From: an uncultured Erysipelotrichaceae bacterium
Lineage (GTDB): Bacteria; Bacillota_I; Bacilli_A; Erysipelotrichales; Erysipelotrichaceae
Reading direction: 5' to 3'
DNA: 32,000 bases
NCBI GenBank assembly: GCA_942492995.1
Contig: OW818653.1
Span: 90,001-122,000, forward strand
Numbering within the stretch: the stretch's first letter is position 1; each line of letters begins with the position of its first letter. The position numbers were made by a program, and so were the translations under genes. The notes beneath the pieces were generated by a model that searched no databases, had not been told where the DNA came from, and saw only the letters and a list, made by a program, of their open reading frames with translations. This document shows positions 9,165 through 19,221 of the stretch, one piece after another.

Positions 9165-9749
9165 ATGTTTGACATAAATGATTTGAATGACAATCCAATT
9201 TCAAGAAAATGGAAAGATAAATATGATGATCTCCCAGAAAGTACTCTTAAGGAACTTGATGTGTTTGATAATAAAAGCTATAAAGACTATCAATTAAATG
9301 TGATAAAGAGAAGTGGAATTATACCTAAGCGAGGAGATGTCTTCCTTGTAAACCCTAAAGAAAATAAATTCTTTGTGGGGATAGTTATTAATGACGGTGT
9401 TAATAACATGAACGGAACAGATTTGTATGTTGTATTTATTTTAAAAAATAAAGTTGAATCAATAGATGTTAGAGATTTTGAATTCAACCTCGATAATTTG
9501 CTTATAGAACCAACAATTGTTGGTAAAGAATATTGGACGAGAGGGTACTTTTATAACTGTGGTATCTCTATTGAAAAGTTATCAGGTATTGACTATGGAT
9601 TTTATAGTGTAAGCAAAGGGAAATACTTTGATGAGTTTGGTAACGATTTAAGTCATGTTCCTGAATTTCTAGGCACATTTGGAGTAGCGACAATAATGGG
9701 AATCGCATACGAATTAAACATTGAGTTAATTATTGATTCAAGTTTATGA
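9165..9749 (+). CDS. Hypothetical soluble protein, immunity-protein-like (possibly Imm26-type)
   Basis: AAGGAGG-N9-ATG. 194 aa with no TM helix or signal peptide. The core KRGDVFLVNPKENKFFVGIVIN ... EPTIVGKEYWTRGYFYNCG recalls polymorphic-toxin immunity families (from memory, unverified). Confidence 0.7.
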   Translation: MFDINDLNDNPISRKWKDKYDDLPESTLKELDVFDNKSYKDYQLNVIKRSGIIPKRGDVFLVNPKENKFFVGIVINDGVNNMNGTDLYVVFILKNKVESIDVRDFEFNLDNLLIEPTIVGKEYWTRGYFYNCGISIEKLSGIDYGFYSVSKGKYFDEFGNDLSHVPEFLGTFGVATIMGIAYELNIELIIDSSL

Positions 9750-9875
9750 TTTTAGAGTTCTTTTACTTTTGCAATCGGGAAATCTACAAGTAAAATCTAC
9801 TAAATTAACTATATTGTTTCGAAACAGTAGCTTTTAATTATGTTAGATTTTATTTTCATAATAAGTCACTATTAA

Positions 9876-9918
9876 TTAGGGAACAAATTAAACTTATTTA
9901 TCATAGTTTGTTCCCTAA
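9876..9918. repeat. 12-bp perfect inverted repeat TTAGGGAACAAA-N19-TTTGTTCCCTAA
   Basis: Read directly from the sequence. There is no T tract on either side, so it is not a canonical terminator. Confidence 0.7.
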
Positions 9919-9996
9919 AAAGTATTGATTTTAGAGAACAAGCTGATTTAATAATTATAATTTTATATTAAAAGATTATTTAGAAAGTATATACAA

Positions 9997-10023
9997 TTAG
10001 CACTTCGAAGTTGACAGTGCTAA
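9997..10023 (+). promoter_or_regulatory. CIRCE operator 1 (HrcA binding site)
   Basis: TTAGCACTT-N9-CAGTGCTAA against the consensus TTAGCACTC-N9-GAGTGCTAA. It overlaps the -35 box. Confidence 0.85.
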
Positions 10024-10038
10024 TTTTCATGTTATACT
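10011..10038 (+). promoter_or_regulatory. Sigma-A promoter of the hrcA operon (TTGACA-N16-TGtTATACT)
   Basis: Consensus -35 at 10011-10016 and an extended -10 ending at 10038. Confidence 0.8.
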
Positions 10039-10039
10039 A

Positions 10040-10066
10040 TTAGCAGACATGTTTAGTGAGTGCTAA
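10040..10066 (+). promoter_or_regulatory. CIRCE operator 2 (HrcA binding site, in the 5' UTR)
   Basis: TTAGCAGAC-N9-GAGTGCTAA. The right arm is perfect and the left arm has 2 mismatches. It ends at the SD AAGGAGG. Confidence 0.75.
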
Positions 10067-10078
10067 GGAGGTGTTGAA

Positions 10079-11098
10079 GTGTTAACAAGTCGTAAGATAG
10101 AAATCCTAAAAGCTATTGTAGAATCGTTTATTTCGACTGCAGAACCTGTTGGATCTAAGACCTTGGTTGAGAAGTTTGACCTACCATATTCATCTGCGAC
10201 AATTCGTAATGAAATGCTTGAATTAGAAACACTTGGCTACCTAGAAAAAACACATACATCAAGTGGACGTGTTCCATCTACATTAGGGTATCGATATTAT
10301 GTTGAACATCTAATGGTAGAAAAAATAGATAACAATCTACAATTTGCCCTTCAAGAAGTATTCTCTGATCGTCAAATGAAGATAGAAGATGTGATTAAAA
10401 AGAGTTGTGATATTTTAGCGCAAATGACGAACTTAACTTCAATGGTTTTAGGACCTGAAGCGGGTGGTCAGACATTGGAACACATTAATTTGTTTCCAGT
10501 TGATCAAAATAAAGCAGTTGCGGTGTTTATAACCAATGCAGGACACACAGAAAATCGTGTCTTCCAATTTGAAGAAAAGATTAGTGTTGAAGAATTGGCG
10601 AATTGTTGCGCAATATTAAATGAAAGATTATCGGGAACACCGCTGGATCATATCATTGAGAAACTACAACTTATTAAACCAATCTTAGCGCAATCCATTA
10701 AACAATATGAGGTTATCTTCGAAGCATTCTTTAATGCCTTTATCAAGTTTGCGAACACAAACTTCTACTTAAGTGGAAGTAATAACGTATTTGATCAACC
10801 AGAATTTTCTGACATAAATAAACTTAAACAACTAATGAATATGTTTGAGAACAGTAAAGTATGGAAAGATATTGGGTCGAATCAAAATGCATTGCGACTT
10901 GATGTCAGTGATCATTCATCGCTCGTTTGGATGGATGATATGGCAGTTGTTACAAGTACATTCAAAATAGACCAAGTAGACTCAGGCCAGCTTATGATCG
11001 TTGGACCAAGTCGAATGGAATATGATCGAGTTGTGGCGCTTATGGAATTCATGAGCAAAGCGATTGAGAAAATTTATGGAAAAGGAGATTCATCATGA
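10079..11098 (+). CDS. hrcA: Heat-inducible transcription repressor HrcA
   Basis: GTG start 7 nt after GGAGG. N-terminal winged-helix region (PVGSKTLVEKF..SSATIRNEMLELETLGYLEKTHTSSGRVPS). Located in an hrcA-grpE-dnaK-dnaJ context. Confidence 0.95.
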   Translation: MLTSRKIEILKAIVESFISTAEPVGSKTLVEKFDLPYSSATIRNEMLELETLGYLEKTHTSSGRVPSTLGYRYYVEHLMVEKIDNNLQFALQEVFSDRQMKIEDVIKKSCDILAQMTNLTSMVLGPEAGGQTLEHINLFPVDQNKAVAVFITNAGHTENRVFQFEEKISVEELANCCAILNERLSGTPLDHIIEKLQLIKPILAQSIKQYEVIFEAFFNAFIKFANTNFYLSGSNNVFDQPEFSDINKLKQLMNMFENSKVWKDIGSNQNALRLDVSDHSSLVWMDDMAVVTSTFKIDQVDSGQLMIVGPSRMEYDRVVALMEFMSKAIEKIYGKGDSS

Positions 11099-11646
11099 GT
11101 GAAGAAATTGAAAAAGAAATATTGAATGAAGAAGTCGTAGAAGAGAAGAAAAAAGAGCATAAAGAACATAAAGAAAAGCATAGCGAAAAGATACATAAAT
11201 TAGAAGAAAAGATTAAGGAATTAGAAGAATCGAATAAGAAATTTCAAAATGATTATTTCAAGGCATACGCAGATGCGGAAAATATTAAACGTCGTAATCA
11301 ACAAGACTTAGAAGTTGCGAAGAAATATCGTATTCAAAGTTTTGCGTCAGATATCTTACCAGTTATTGATAACTTGGAAAGAGCACTTGATACGATTGAA
11401 GATAAAGAGAGTTCAGTGGCTAAAGGTGTCTTAATGACCTATAACCAACTGATTGAATCGCTTAAAAAAGAAGGGGTTGAAGAAATCCCGGCAGAAGGTT
11501 TGGATTTTGATCCTAACTTCCACCAACCATTAATGATGGAAAAGGTAGAAGGCGTTGATAGTAATAAAGTTATACAAGTACTACAAAAAGGATATAAATT
11601 AAAAGATCGATTATTAAGACCTAGTTTGGTCAAGGTTAGCGAATAA
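11095..11646 (+). CDS. grpE: Nucleotide exchange factor GrpE
   Basis: ATGA overlap with hrcA. Charged coiled-coil N-terminus and a conserved C-terminal domain (FDPNFHQPLM ... GYKLKDRLLRPSLVKVS). Confidence 0.95.
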   Translation: MSEEIEKEILNEEVVEEKKKEHKEHKEKHSEKIHKLEEKIKELEESNKKFQNDYFKAYADAENIKRRNQQDLEVAKKYRIQSFASDILPVIDNLERALDTIEDKESSVAKGVLMTYNQLIESLKKEGVEEIPAEGLDFDPNFHQPLMMEKVEGVDSNKVIQVLQKGYKLKDRLLRPSLVKVSE

Positions 11647-13464
<1,818 letters not shown>

Positions 13465-13468
13465 CATC

Positions 13469-13492
13469 AACCTAGGGAAATCCCTAGGTTTT
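13469..13492 (+). terminator. Intercistronic hairpin between dnaK and dnaJ (partial terminator or processing site)
   Basis: AACCTAGGG-aaat-CCCTAGGTT followed by only TT. The dnaJ SD GGAGG follows 6 nt later. Confidence 0.4.
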
Positions 13493-13508
13493 ATCCTGGA
13501 GGCGAAAT

Positions 13509-14615
13509 ATGGCGGATAAACGTGATTATTATGAGGTATTAGGTATTAGTAAGAACGCCACAGAAGCGGAAATTAAAAAAGCCTATCGAAGCCTAGCAAA
13601 AAAGTATCACCCTGATATTAATAAAGATAAAGGGGCGGATGTTCAATTCAAAGAAGTACAAGAAGCGTATGAAGTTTTAAGTGACGCACAAAAACGTGCA
13701 AATTATGATCAATTCGGTCATGCAAGTACCAATAATCAAGGTGGTTTTGGTGGCTTCCAATCAGGCGGATTTGAAGATATTAATGATATCTTTGGTTCAT
13801 TCTTTGGTGGTGGATTTGGGTCTACACAAAGACGTCAAGCTGGACCACGTAAAGGTGAAGATCGACTCATGCAGTTACGTGTTGACTTCATGGATGCGAT
13901 TTTTGGGAAAACCGAAAGTATTAGTTTAGATGTTGAAGAACAATGTAATGATTGTATGGGAAGTGGAGCGCACAGTAAGAGTGATGTTCAAGTATGTCCA
14001 ACCTGTAATGGTAAGGGCTCTGTCACAACCCAACAACGTACACCATTTGGTGTCTTCCAATCTTCCAGTGTATGTCCTGAATGTCAGGGTACAGGTAAGA
14101 AGATTCTTAATAAATGTAATAAATGTCATGGTAAGGGGTATGAACGCAAACGTGTTACCGTTGATGTGAAAATCCCTGCTGGTATCCATTCTGGTCAACA
14201 ACTACGTGTTCCTGGAAAAGGTGAACGCGGATCATTGGGTGGTCCGAATGGCGATCTATACTTAGAAATACTCGTTAGTCGTCACAAATATTTCCAACGT
14301 GAAGGCAACAACATCTATATCTCAGTGCCTATTTCAGCACTTGATGCGACTTTAGGGTGTAAGATAGATGTACCTACAGTTCATGGTGATGTGGAATTAA
14401 CAATTCCGTCAGGTACACAAAGTGGAACTCAGTTCAGACTTAAGGCGAAGGGTGTTAAAGAACTTAATACCAATAATCTTGGGGATGAATATGTTGAAGT
14501 TAAAATCCAAGTTGATGAGAAGTTAAGTCGTGAAGAGAAAGAACTCTACGAAAAATTACGAAATATTAAAGGCAAAGACTCGATCTACGATCGTTTCAAA
14601 AAAACATTCAAGTAA
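13509..14615 (+). CDS. dnaJ: Co-chaperone DnaJ (Hsp40)
   Basis: J domain with HPD ([10 protein letters not shown]), a G/F-rich linker and four CxxCxGxG zinc-finger repeats. Confidence 0.97.
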   Translation: MADKRDYYEVLGISKNATEAEIKKAYRSLAKKYHPDINKDKGADVQFKEVQEAYEVLSDAQKRANYDQFGHASTNNQGGFGGFQSGGFEDINDIFGSFFGGGFGSTQRRQAGPRKGEDRLMQLRVDFMDAIFGKTESISLDVEEQCNDCMGSGAHSKSDVQVCPTCNGKGSVTTQQRTPFGVFQSSSVCPECQGTGKKILNKCNKCHGKGYERKRVTVDVKIPAGIHSGQQLRVPGKGERGSLGGPNGDLYLEILVSRHKYFQREGNNIYISVPISALDATLGCKIDVPTVHGDVELTIPSGTQSGTQFRLKAKGVKELNTNNLGDEYVEVKIQVDEKLSREEKELYEKLRNIKGKDSIYDRFKKTFK

Positions 14616-14636
14616 CAGTCTTCCTGTTACTTTTTT
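14612..14636 (+). terminator. Rho-independent terminator overlapping the dnaJ stop codon
   Basis: GTAACAG-tcttc-CTGTTAC followed by T6. Confidence 0.7.
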
Positions 14637-14667
14637 GTAAAATTTAGTAAAAAGGAGGTTTATGATT

Positions 14668-17235
14668 ATGAGCATGAATCAATTTACTCAGAAATTACAG
14701 TTTATTTTAAGTCAAGCCGCAGAAAATGCATTTACGAATAATCATCCTGAAATAACCTGTGCGCATGTATATCTTGCGATGAAACAAGATGGGATTTTGG
14801 ATGGTATTTTGTCGCGTTTAAATATTAATCCAACACAATTTGAATCGATGGTGACACAAGCCATTGAACAATTACCAACACAATCTGAGGCAAGTCAGCC
14901 AGTCTTATCGAAGGATTTGAATCAGAGTGTTTTAAATGCGTTGAATGAAATGAAGAAAAATCAAGAGACACACTTAGGGGCGTTGTTGTTATTTAAGGTG
15001 ATGTTATTTAATAAGACAACATTAAGTCAGAAGATTGTGGATACGTTTAAACTCAATAATACAGTTGTATCGCAAGCGATATCTACGAGTCTACAAGGTA
15101 AGAAAGTACAATCTGAGAATTCAGAGAATCAACTAGAAGCGCTCCATAAATATGGTAGAGATTTAGTTGAAGATGTACGTAACGGTAAGATTGATCCAAT
15201 TATTGGACGTGATGATGAAATACGCCGAGTAATCGAAATATTATCCCGTAAGACTAAGAATAATCCTGTATTAATCGGATCGCCTGGTGTTGGTAAAACA
15301 GCTGTTGTAGAAGGTTTAGCATGGCGTATTATGAAAGGTGACATTCCATTTGGGCTCAAGGAGAAACAACTCATTGAACTTGATATGGGAGCTCTTATTG
15401 CAGGAGCGAAGTATCGTGGTGAGTTTGAAGAACGACTCAAAGCGGTACTTGATGAGATTAAACAAGCAGATGGAAATATCATCCTATTTATCGATGAACT
15501 TCATAATTTAGTTGGGGCAGGTAAAATAGAAGGTTCAATGGATGCGGCTAACCTGTTAAAACCAATGTTAGCGCGTGGTGAACTTAGATGTATCGGTGCC
15601 ACAACATTTGATGACTATAAGAAGTACATTGAAAAAGACGCCGCATTAGAACGTCGTTTCCAGAAGATAGTGGTTGATGAACCAAGTGTTGAAGAAACCA
15701 TATCCATTTTACGTGGACTAAAAGATCGTTTTGAATCGCATCATGGAGTAAATATTCTTGATGAAGCAATCATCGCATCCGCAAAACTATCACACCGATA
15801 CATCAATGATCGCTACTTGCCGGATAAAGCTATCGATTTAATCGATGAAGCATGTGCTGTAATTCGTGTTGAAATGGACTCTATGCCGCAAGAACTAGAT
15901 GATCTGAATCGAAAGATTATGCAACTTGAGATTGAAGAAATATCGCTTAAGAAAGAAACCGATGAAAGAACACTTGATCGTTTAGATGAATTAAGAAAAG
16001 AATTATCCAATTTAAAAGAAGAACACAAGATTCTTGATTTAAAGTGGAAAGAAGAAAAGAAATATTTAGATCAAGTTAAAGAAGATAAAGAGAAATTAGA
16101 GAAAGCGCGTTTAGACTTAGATAATGCAAGTAATGATGCACGTTATGAAGAAGCTGCACGTCTTCAATATGAAACGATTCCTAACTTAGAAAAACGTATC
16201 AAACTTGAACAAGAAAAGAAAAAAGATGGTGCATTAATCCAAGAAATAGTGGATGAAGAACTCATCGCAAAGATTGTATCAAGATGGACACACATCGATA
16301 TCAGTCGTTTGTTATCAACTGAACGTCAGAAATTACTCCAACTACCAAAGATATTAGCACAGCGTGTAATGGGTCAAGATGAAGCTCTAAAGCTTGTTAG
16401 TAGCGCAATCATGCGTTCTAAAGCCCATATCCAAGATGAAAATAGACCGATTGGTTCATTCTTATTCTTAGGCCCAACCGGTGTAGGTAAGACCGAAGTC
16501 GCAAAAGCACTAGCTGCTCAACTCTTTGATGATGAAAGTAAGATTGTACGTATTGATATGAGTGAATACATGGAGAAACATTCTGTTTCACGTTTAATTG
16601 GAGCACCTCCTGGATACATTGGATATGAAGAAGGTGGTCAACTTACAGAAGCGGTACGTCGTAAACCCTATTCCATTGTTTTACTGGATGAAATAGAGAA
16701 AGCACATCCCGATGTGTTCAATATCTTACTTCAAATATTAGAAGATGGAAGAATAACAGATAATCAAGGAGTAGTCGTGAACTTCAAGAATACGCTTGTA
16801 ATTATGACAAGTAATCTAGCTTCACAATACATACTTGATAAAGATGAGAATCGTCGTGAACAATTGGTTATGGCAGAAGTACAACGTACATTTAAACCTG
16901 AATTTATCAATCGTATCGATGAAATCGTAATATTTAATGCGTTAGATAATGCGGTACTCGTCCAAATTGCAGATAAATTTATTCAAGAATTACGAGTACG
17001 ACTCCAAGCACAAAACTATCGATTGGATGTCTCAACTTCAGCTAAACAGAATATTATTCTAGAAGGAAGTGATCTTCAATATGGTGCAAGACCAATGAAA
17101 CGACATATCCAAAGACAAATCGAAAGTAAACTAGCATACTTTATTCTAGAGAATAATCCGCCTCAAGACTCTAATATATTAGTCGATTATGAAGATCACG
17201 ACTATGTCGTACGGATTAAGAATCAACTCAATTAA
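14668..17235 (+). CDS. clpB: ATP-dependent chaperone/disaggregase ClpB
   Basis: Two AAA+ modules (Walker A GSPGVGKT and GPTGVGKT) separated by a long coiled-coil middle domain. The ORF opens at 14662, but GGAGG (14654-14658) is only 3 nt from that ATG and 9 nt from the ATG at 14668. Confidence 0.93.
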   Translation: MSMNQFTQKLQFILSQAAENAFTNNHPEITCAHVYLAMKQDGILDGILSRLNINPTQFESMVTQAIEQLPTQSEASQPVLSKDLNQSVLNALNEMKKNQETHLGALLLFKVMLFNKTTLSQKIVDTFKLNNTVVSQAISTSLQGKKVQSENSENQLEALHKYGRDLVEDVRNGKIDPIIGRDDEIRRVIEILSRKTKNNPVLIGSPGVGKTAVVEGLAWRIMKGDIPFGLKEKQLIELDMGALIAGAKYRGEFEERLKAVLDEIKQADGNIILFIDELHNLVGAGKIEGSMDAANLLKPMLARGELRCIGATTFDDYKKYIEKDAALERRFQKIVVDEPSVEETISILRGLKDRFESHHGVNILDEAIIASAKLSHRYINDRYLPDKAIDLIDEACAVIRVEMDSMPQELDDLNRKIMQLEIEEISLKKETDERTLDRLDELRKELSNLKEEHKILDLKWKEEKKYLDQVKEDKEKLEKARLDLDNASNDARYEEAARLQYETIPNLEKRIKLEQEKKKDGALIQEIVDEELIAKIVSRWTHIDISRLLSTERQKLLQLPKILAQRVMGQDEALKLVSSAIMRSKAHIQDENRPIGSFLFLGPTGVGKTEVAKALAAQLFDDESKIVRIDMSEYMEKHSVSRLIGAPPGYIGYEEGGQLTEAVRRKPYSIVLLDEIEKAHPDVFNILLQILEDGRITDNQGVVVNFKNTLVIMTSNLASQYILDKDENRREQLVMAEVQRTFKPEFINRIDEIVIFNALDNAVLVQIADKFIQELRVRLQAQNYRLDVSTSAKQNIILEGSDLQYGARPMKRHIQRQIESKLAYFILENNPPQDSNILVDYEDHDYVVRIKNQLN

Positions 17236-17256
17236 GCACATTATTTGTGCTTTTTT
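17234..17256 (+). terminator. Rho-independent terminator of clpB
   Basis: AAGCACA-ttatt-TGTGCTT followed by a T run. It overlaps the TAA stop. Confidence 0.75.
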
Positions 17257-17268
17257 GGTTATAGAGTG

Positions 17269-17277
17269 TGATAATAT
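17269..17277 (+). promoter_or_regulatory. Extended -10 (TGaTAATAT) 8 nt upstream of the ATG at 17286 (leaderless or near-leaderless candidate)
   Basis: It lies 13 nt after the clpB terminator. The gap ggattagt contains at most a vestigial GGA. Confidence 0.4.
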
Positions 17278-17285
17278 GGATTAGT

Positions 17286-18332
17286 ATGAAAAAACTCTTT
17301 AGTAAAACCTGGTTTACAATTCTTTATATTTTAGTGTTAAGTACTCTTGCATTAGGTTTAGCATTATATGATAGTTTTGATGTAGTTATAGTGACGCTTA
17401 CTCAAGTAAACAAATTATTATTGATTGTTATGGCTTTTTGGGGTTTATTACCTTATATAATTCACGGACTAATATTGAAATTGATGGCAAATCATATGAT
17501 GCCAAAATATCGCTTTATTGATGGATTAGTAAATTCATTAGTCGGTGGATTTATGTCTGGCGTTACACCATCAAGTACTGGTGGTCAATTTGCTCAATCC
17601 TATACCTTCAAGAAACAAGGTCTTAAGGGAAGTCATGGGGCTGGTATTATTTGGTTAGATTTCTTTCTATATTCAATCACGTTGGTAGTAATCGCATTAC
17701 TCTTATTCTTTACGAATTTTACAGAATTTGCACACAGTTCCATTACGTTTGTATTTGGGATTGGGCTATTGATTAATATTATCATTATCGTGTTATTAGG
17801 ATTAATGGTTTTTAAACCAGATCTCTATCGCAAATTTATGTACTTTATAATACATTTATCTGAAAAGTTAAAATGGGTTAAACAAAAAGGCAAGATAATA
17901 AGTGCTTGGGATAAAATCCTTGAACATTTCTATCAAGCACAGTCTGTTATAACCGAAAATAGAGGGATGTTGTGGCAACTATTTGGTTTAAACAGTTTAA
18001 AAATATTGGTGTATTTTGCGACACCATTAGTAATTGGTTTGCTCTTGAATTTAGAAATTAAATGGTCAATGGTTGTTGAACTTATAGCGTTAGCGTCATT
18101 TGTGACGATCGCAAATACTTTTGTCCCATTACCTGGGGCAGCTGGTGCGACTGAGAGTTTATTTGTGTTAACCTTTTCAACAGTACTTGGGAAGGCATCT
18201 GCCGCAAGTATTATGATTCTATGGAGATTTTTCAGTTTTTATCTTATTCTAATTATAGGTGGTATTTTATTCTTTAAAGTAAGACATCAAAAAGCTAAGG
18301 AGAGTCAAGATGAAGAAATTAATTATTATTAG
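17286..18332 (+). CDS. Flippase-like / LPG-synthase-TM-domain (UPF0104, YbhN-type) integral membrane protein
   Basis: About 8 TM helices and the family-typical motifs TPSSTGGQ and PLPGAAGATE. The ORF-track GTG at 17268 lies inside the putative -10, so the ATG at 17286 (MKKLFSK...) is preferred. Confidence 0.7.
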   Translation: MKKLFSKTWFTILYILVLSTLALGLALYDSFDVVIVTLTQVNKLLLIVMAFWGLLPYIIHGLILKLMANHMMPKYRFIDGLVNSLVGGFMSGVTPSSTGGQFAQSYTFKKQGLKGSHGAGIIWLDFFLYSITLVVIALLLFFTNFTEFAHSSITFVFGIGLLINIIIIVLLGLMVFKPDLYRKFMYFIIHLSEKLKWVKQKGKIISAWDKILEHFYQAQSVITENRGMLWQLFGLNSLKILVYFATPLVIGLLLNLEIKWSMVVELIALASFVTIANTFVPLPGAAGATESLFVLTFSTVLGKASAASIMILWRFFSFYLILIIGGILFFKVRHQKAKESQDEEINYY

Positions 18333-18549
18333 TTTGGTTTTGGTGTTATTAAGTGGATGTAACTTACAGGTAATTGATACAACTTGGAAGTATGATTACG
18401 CTTATATCAATGTTGGAGATGAAACCATTAAATGTGAAGTAGATTCATGGAAAGATTACACTGAAAGTGATATGTTACAAGTAAGATGTAAAGATGGTCG
18501 TTCATTCTTAGGACATGCGGCTTCAATTATTTTACAAAGTGGTGAATAA
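18310..18549 (+). CDS. Small lipoprotein (79 aa)
   Basis: Signal peptide with lipobox LLSGC (Cys17). AAGGAGAG-N5-ATG. Overlaps the upstream gene by 23 nt. Confidence 0.65.
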   Translation: MKKLIIISLVLVLLSGCNLQVIDTTWKYDYAYINVGDETIKCEVDSWKDYTESDMLQVRCKDGRSFLGHAASIILQSGE

Positions 18550-19221
18550 GTGATTGTTAAACAGATTAAGATACAAGAAAGTATCTTAGAATACTCTATT
18601 GTACTTGAACAACGTAAATCAATCGTTATGCGATTCAGAGATGGAGCTTTACTCGTTAAAGCTCCTTTAAATATACCCTTAAAGACATTAGATGATTGGA
18701 TTAAATCTAAAGAAGATTGGATATTACGTCATTCACGCATTCAAAGTAAAGTGATGACAGATGAGAATTCAATGTGGTTTATGAACAGAAAAATTAAAAT
18801 AGATTATCAAAGTTATAATCGATTAGGGTATGAGTTAAATGATGATTGTATTACAATCCTATGTCCTACGAATATGAAACATGAAACCGCATTAAATCGA
18901 GTGCGTAAACAATTATCAATCTCGATTATCTTGCCCATCATGGATAAGATGATTGAAATTACACGATTAAATCCTAATAAGATAGAATTAAAAGCTCTTA
19001 AACGAAGTTGGGGAAGATGCGATTCAAAACGTAATATTCGCTTAAGTGATAAACTCATTGAATGTGATCCACTATTTATTGAGTATGTATGTGTGCATGA
19101 ATTGATGCATCTTGTCCATATGAATCATTCGAAAGAGTTTTATCAATCCATTGAGAATATATTACCTGACTATAAAAAAAGACGTCGTTTGACGCCTTAT
19201 CAATTTGGTTATTTAACCTGA
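18550..19221 (+). CDS. DUF45/YgjP-type (M48-related, SprT-like) zinc metallopeptidase
   Basis: HExxH in VHELMHLVHMNHSKEF near the C-terminus. The N-terminal pattern YSIVLEQRKSIVMRF.DGALLVKAP is typical of DUF45. GTG start immediately follows the lipoprotein TAA. Confidence 0.75.
   Translation: MIVKQIKIQESILEYSIVLEQRKSIVMRFRDGALLVKAPLNIPLKTLDDWIKSKEDWILRHSRIQSKVMTDENSMWFMNRKIKIDYQSYNRLGYELNDDCITILCPTNMKHETALNRVRKQLSISIILPIMDKMIEITRLNPNKIELKALKRSWGRCDSKRNIRLSDKLIECDPLFIEYVCVHELMHLVHMNHSKEFYQSIENILPDYKKRRRLTPYQFGYLT

Noticed and set aside
11140-11200. His/Lys/Glu-rich low-complexity repeat (KKKEHKEHKEKHSEKIHK) near the GrpE N-terminus.
   Set aside because: GrpE N-termini are generally charged coiled-coil or disordered regions. 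There is no nucleotide-level tandem repeat of note.
13681-14201. Three overlapping alternative-frame or antisense ORFs (13681-13929 +, 13930-14169 +, 13926-14201 -) inside dnaJ.
   Set aside because: They lie entirely within the strongly supported dnaJ frame (J domain, G/F linker, four CxxCxGxG). They have no SDs and translate to low-complexity sequence, so they are a by-product of stop-poor composition in this region.
14560-14661. Looked for a CtsR operator (tandem GGTCAAA heptads) upstream of clpB.
   Set aside because: None is present. Only isolated GGTCAA-like hexamers occur inside coding regions elsewhere in the window.
19209-19221. 13-nt convergent overlap of the DUF45 gene and rqcH 3' ends with no intervening terminator.
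   Set aside because: Short convergent overlaps are common in compact genomes. Nothing in the sequence suggests a dedicated regulatory element.
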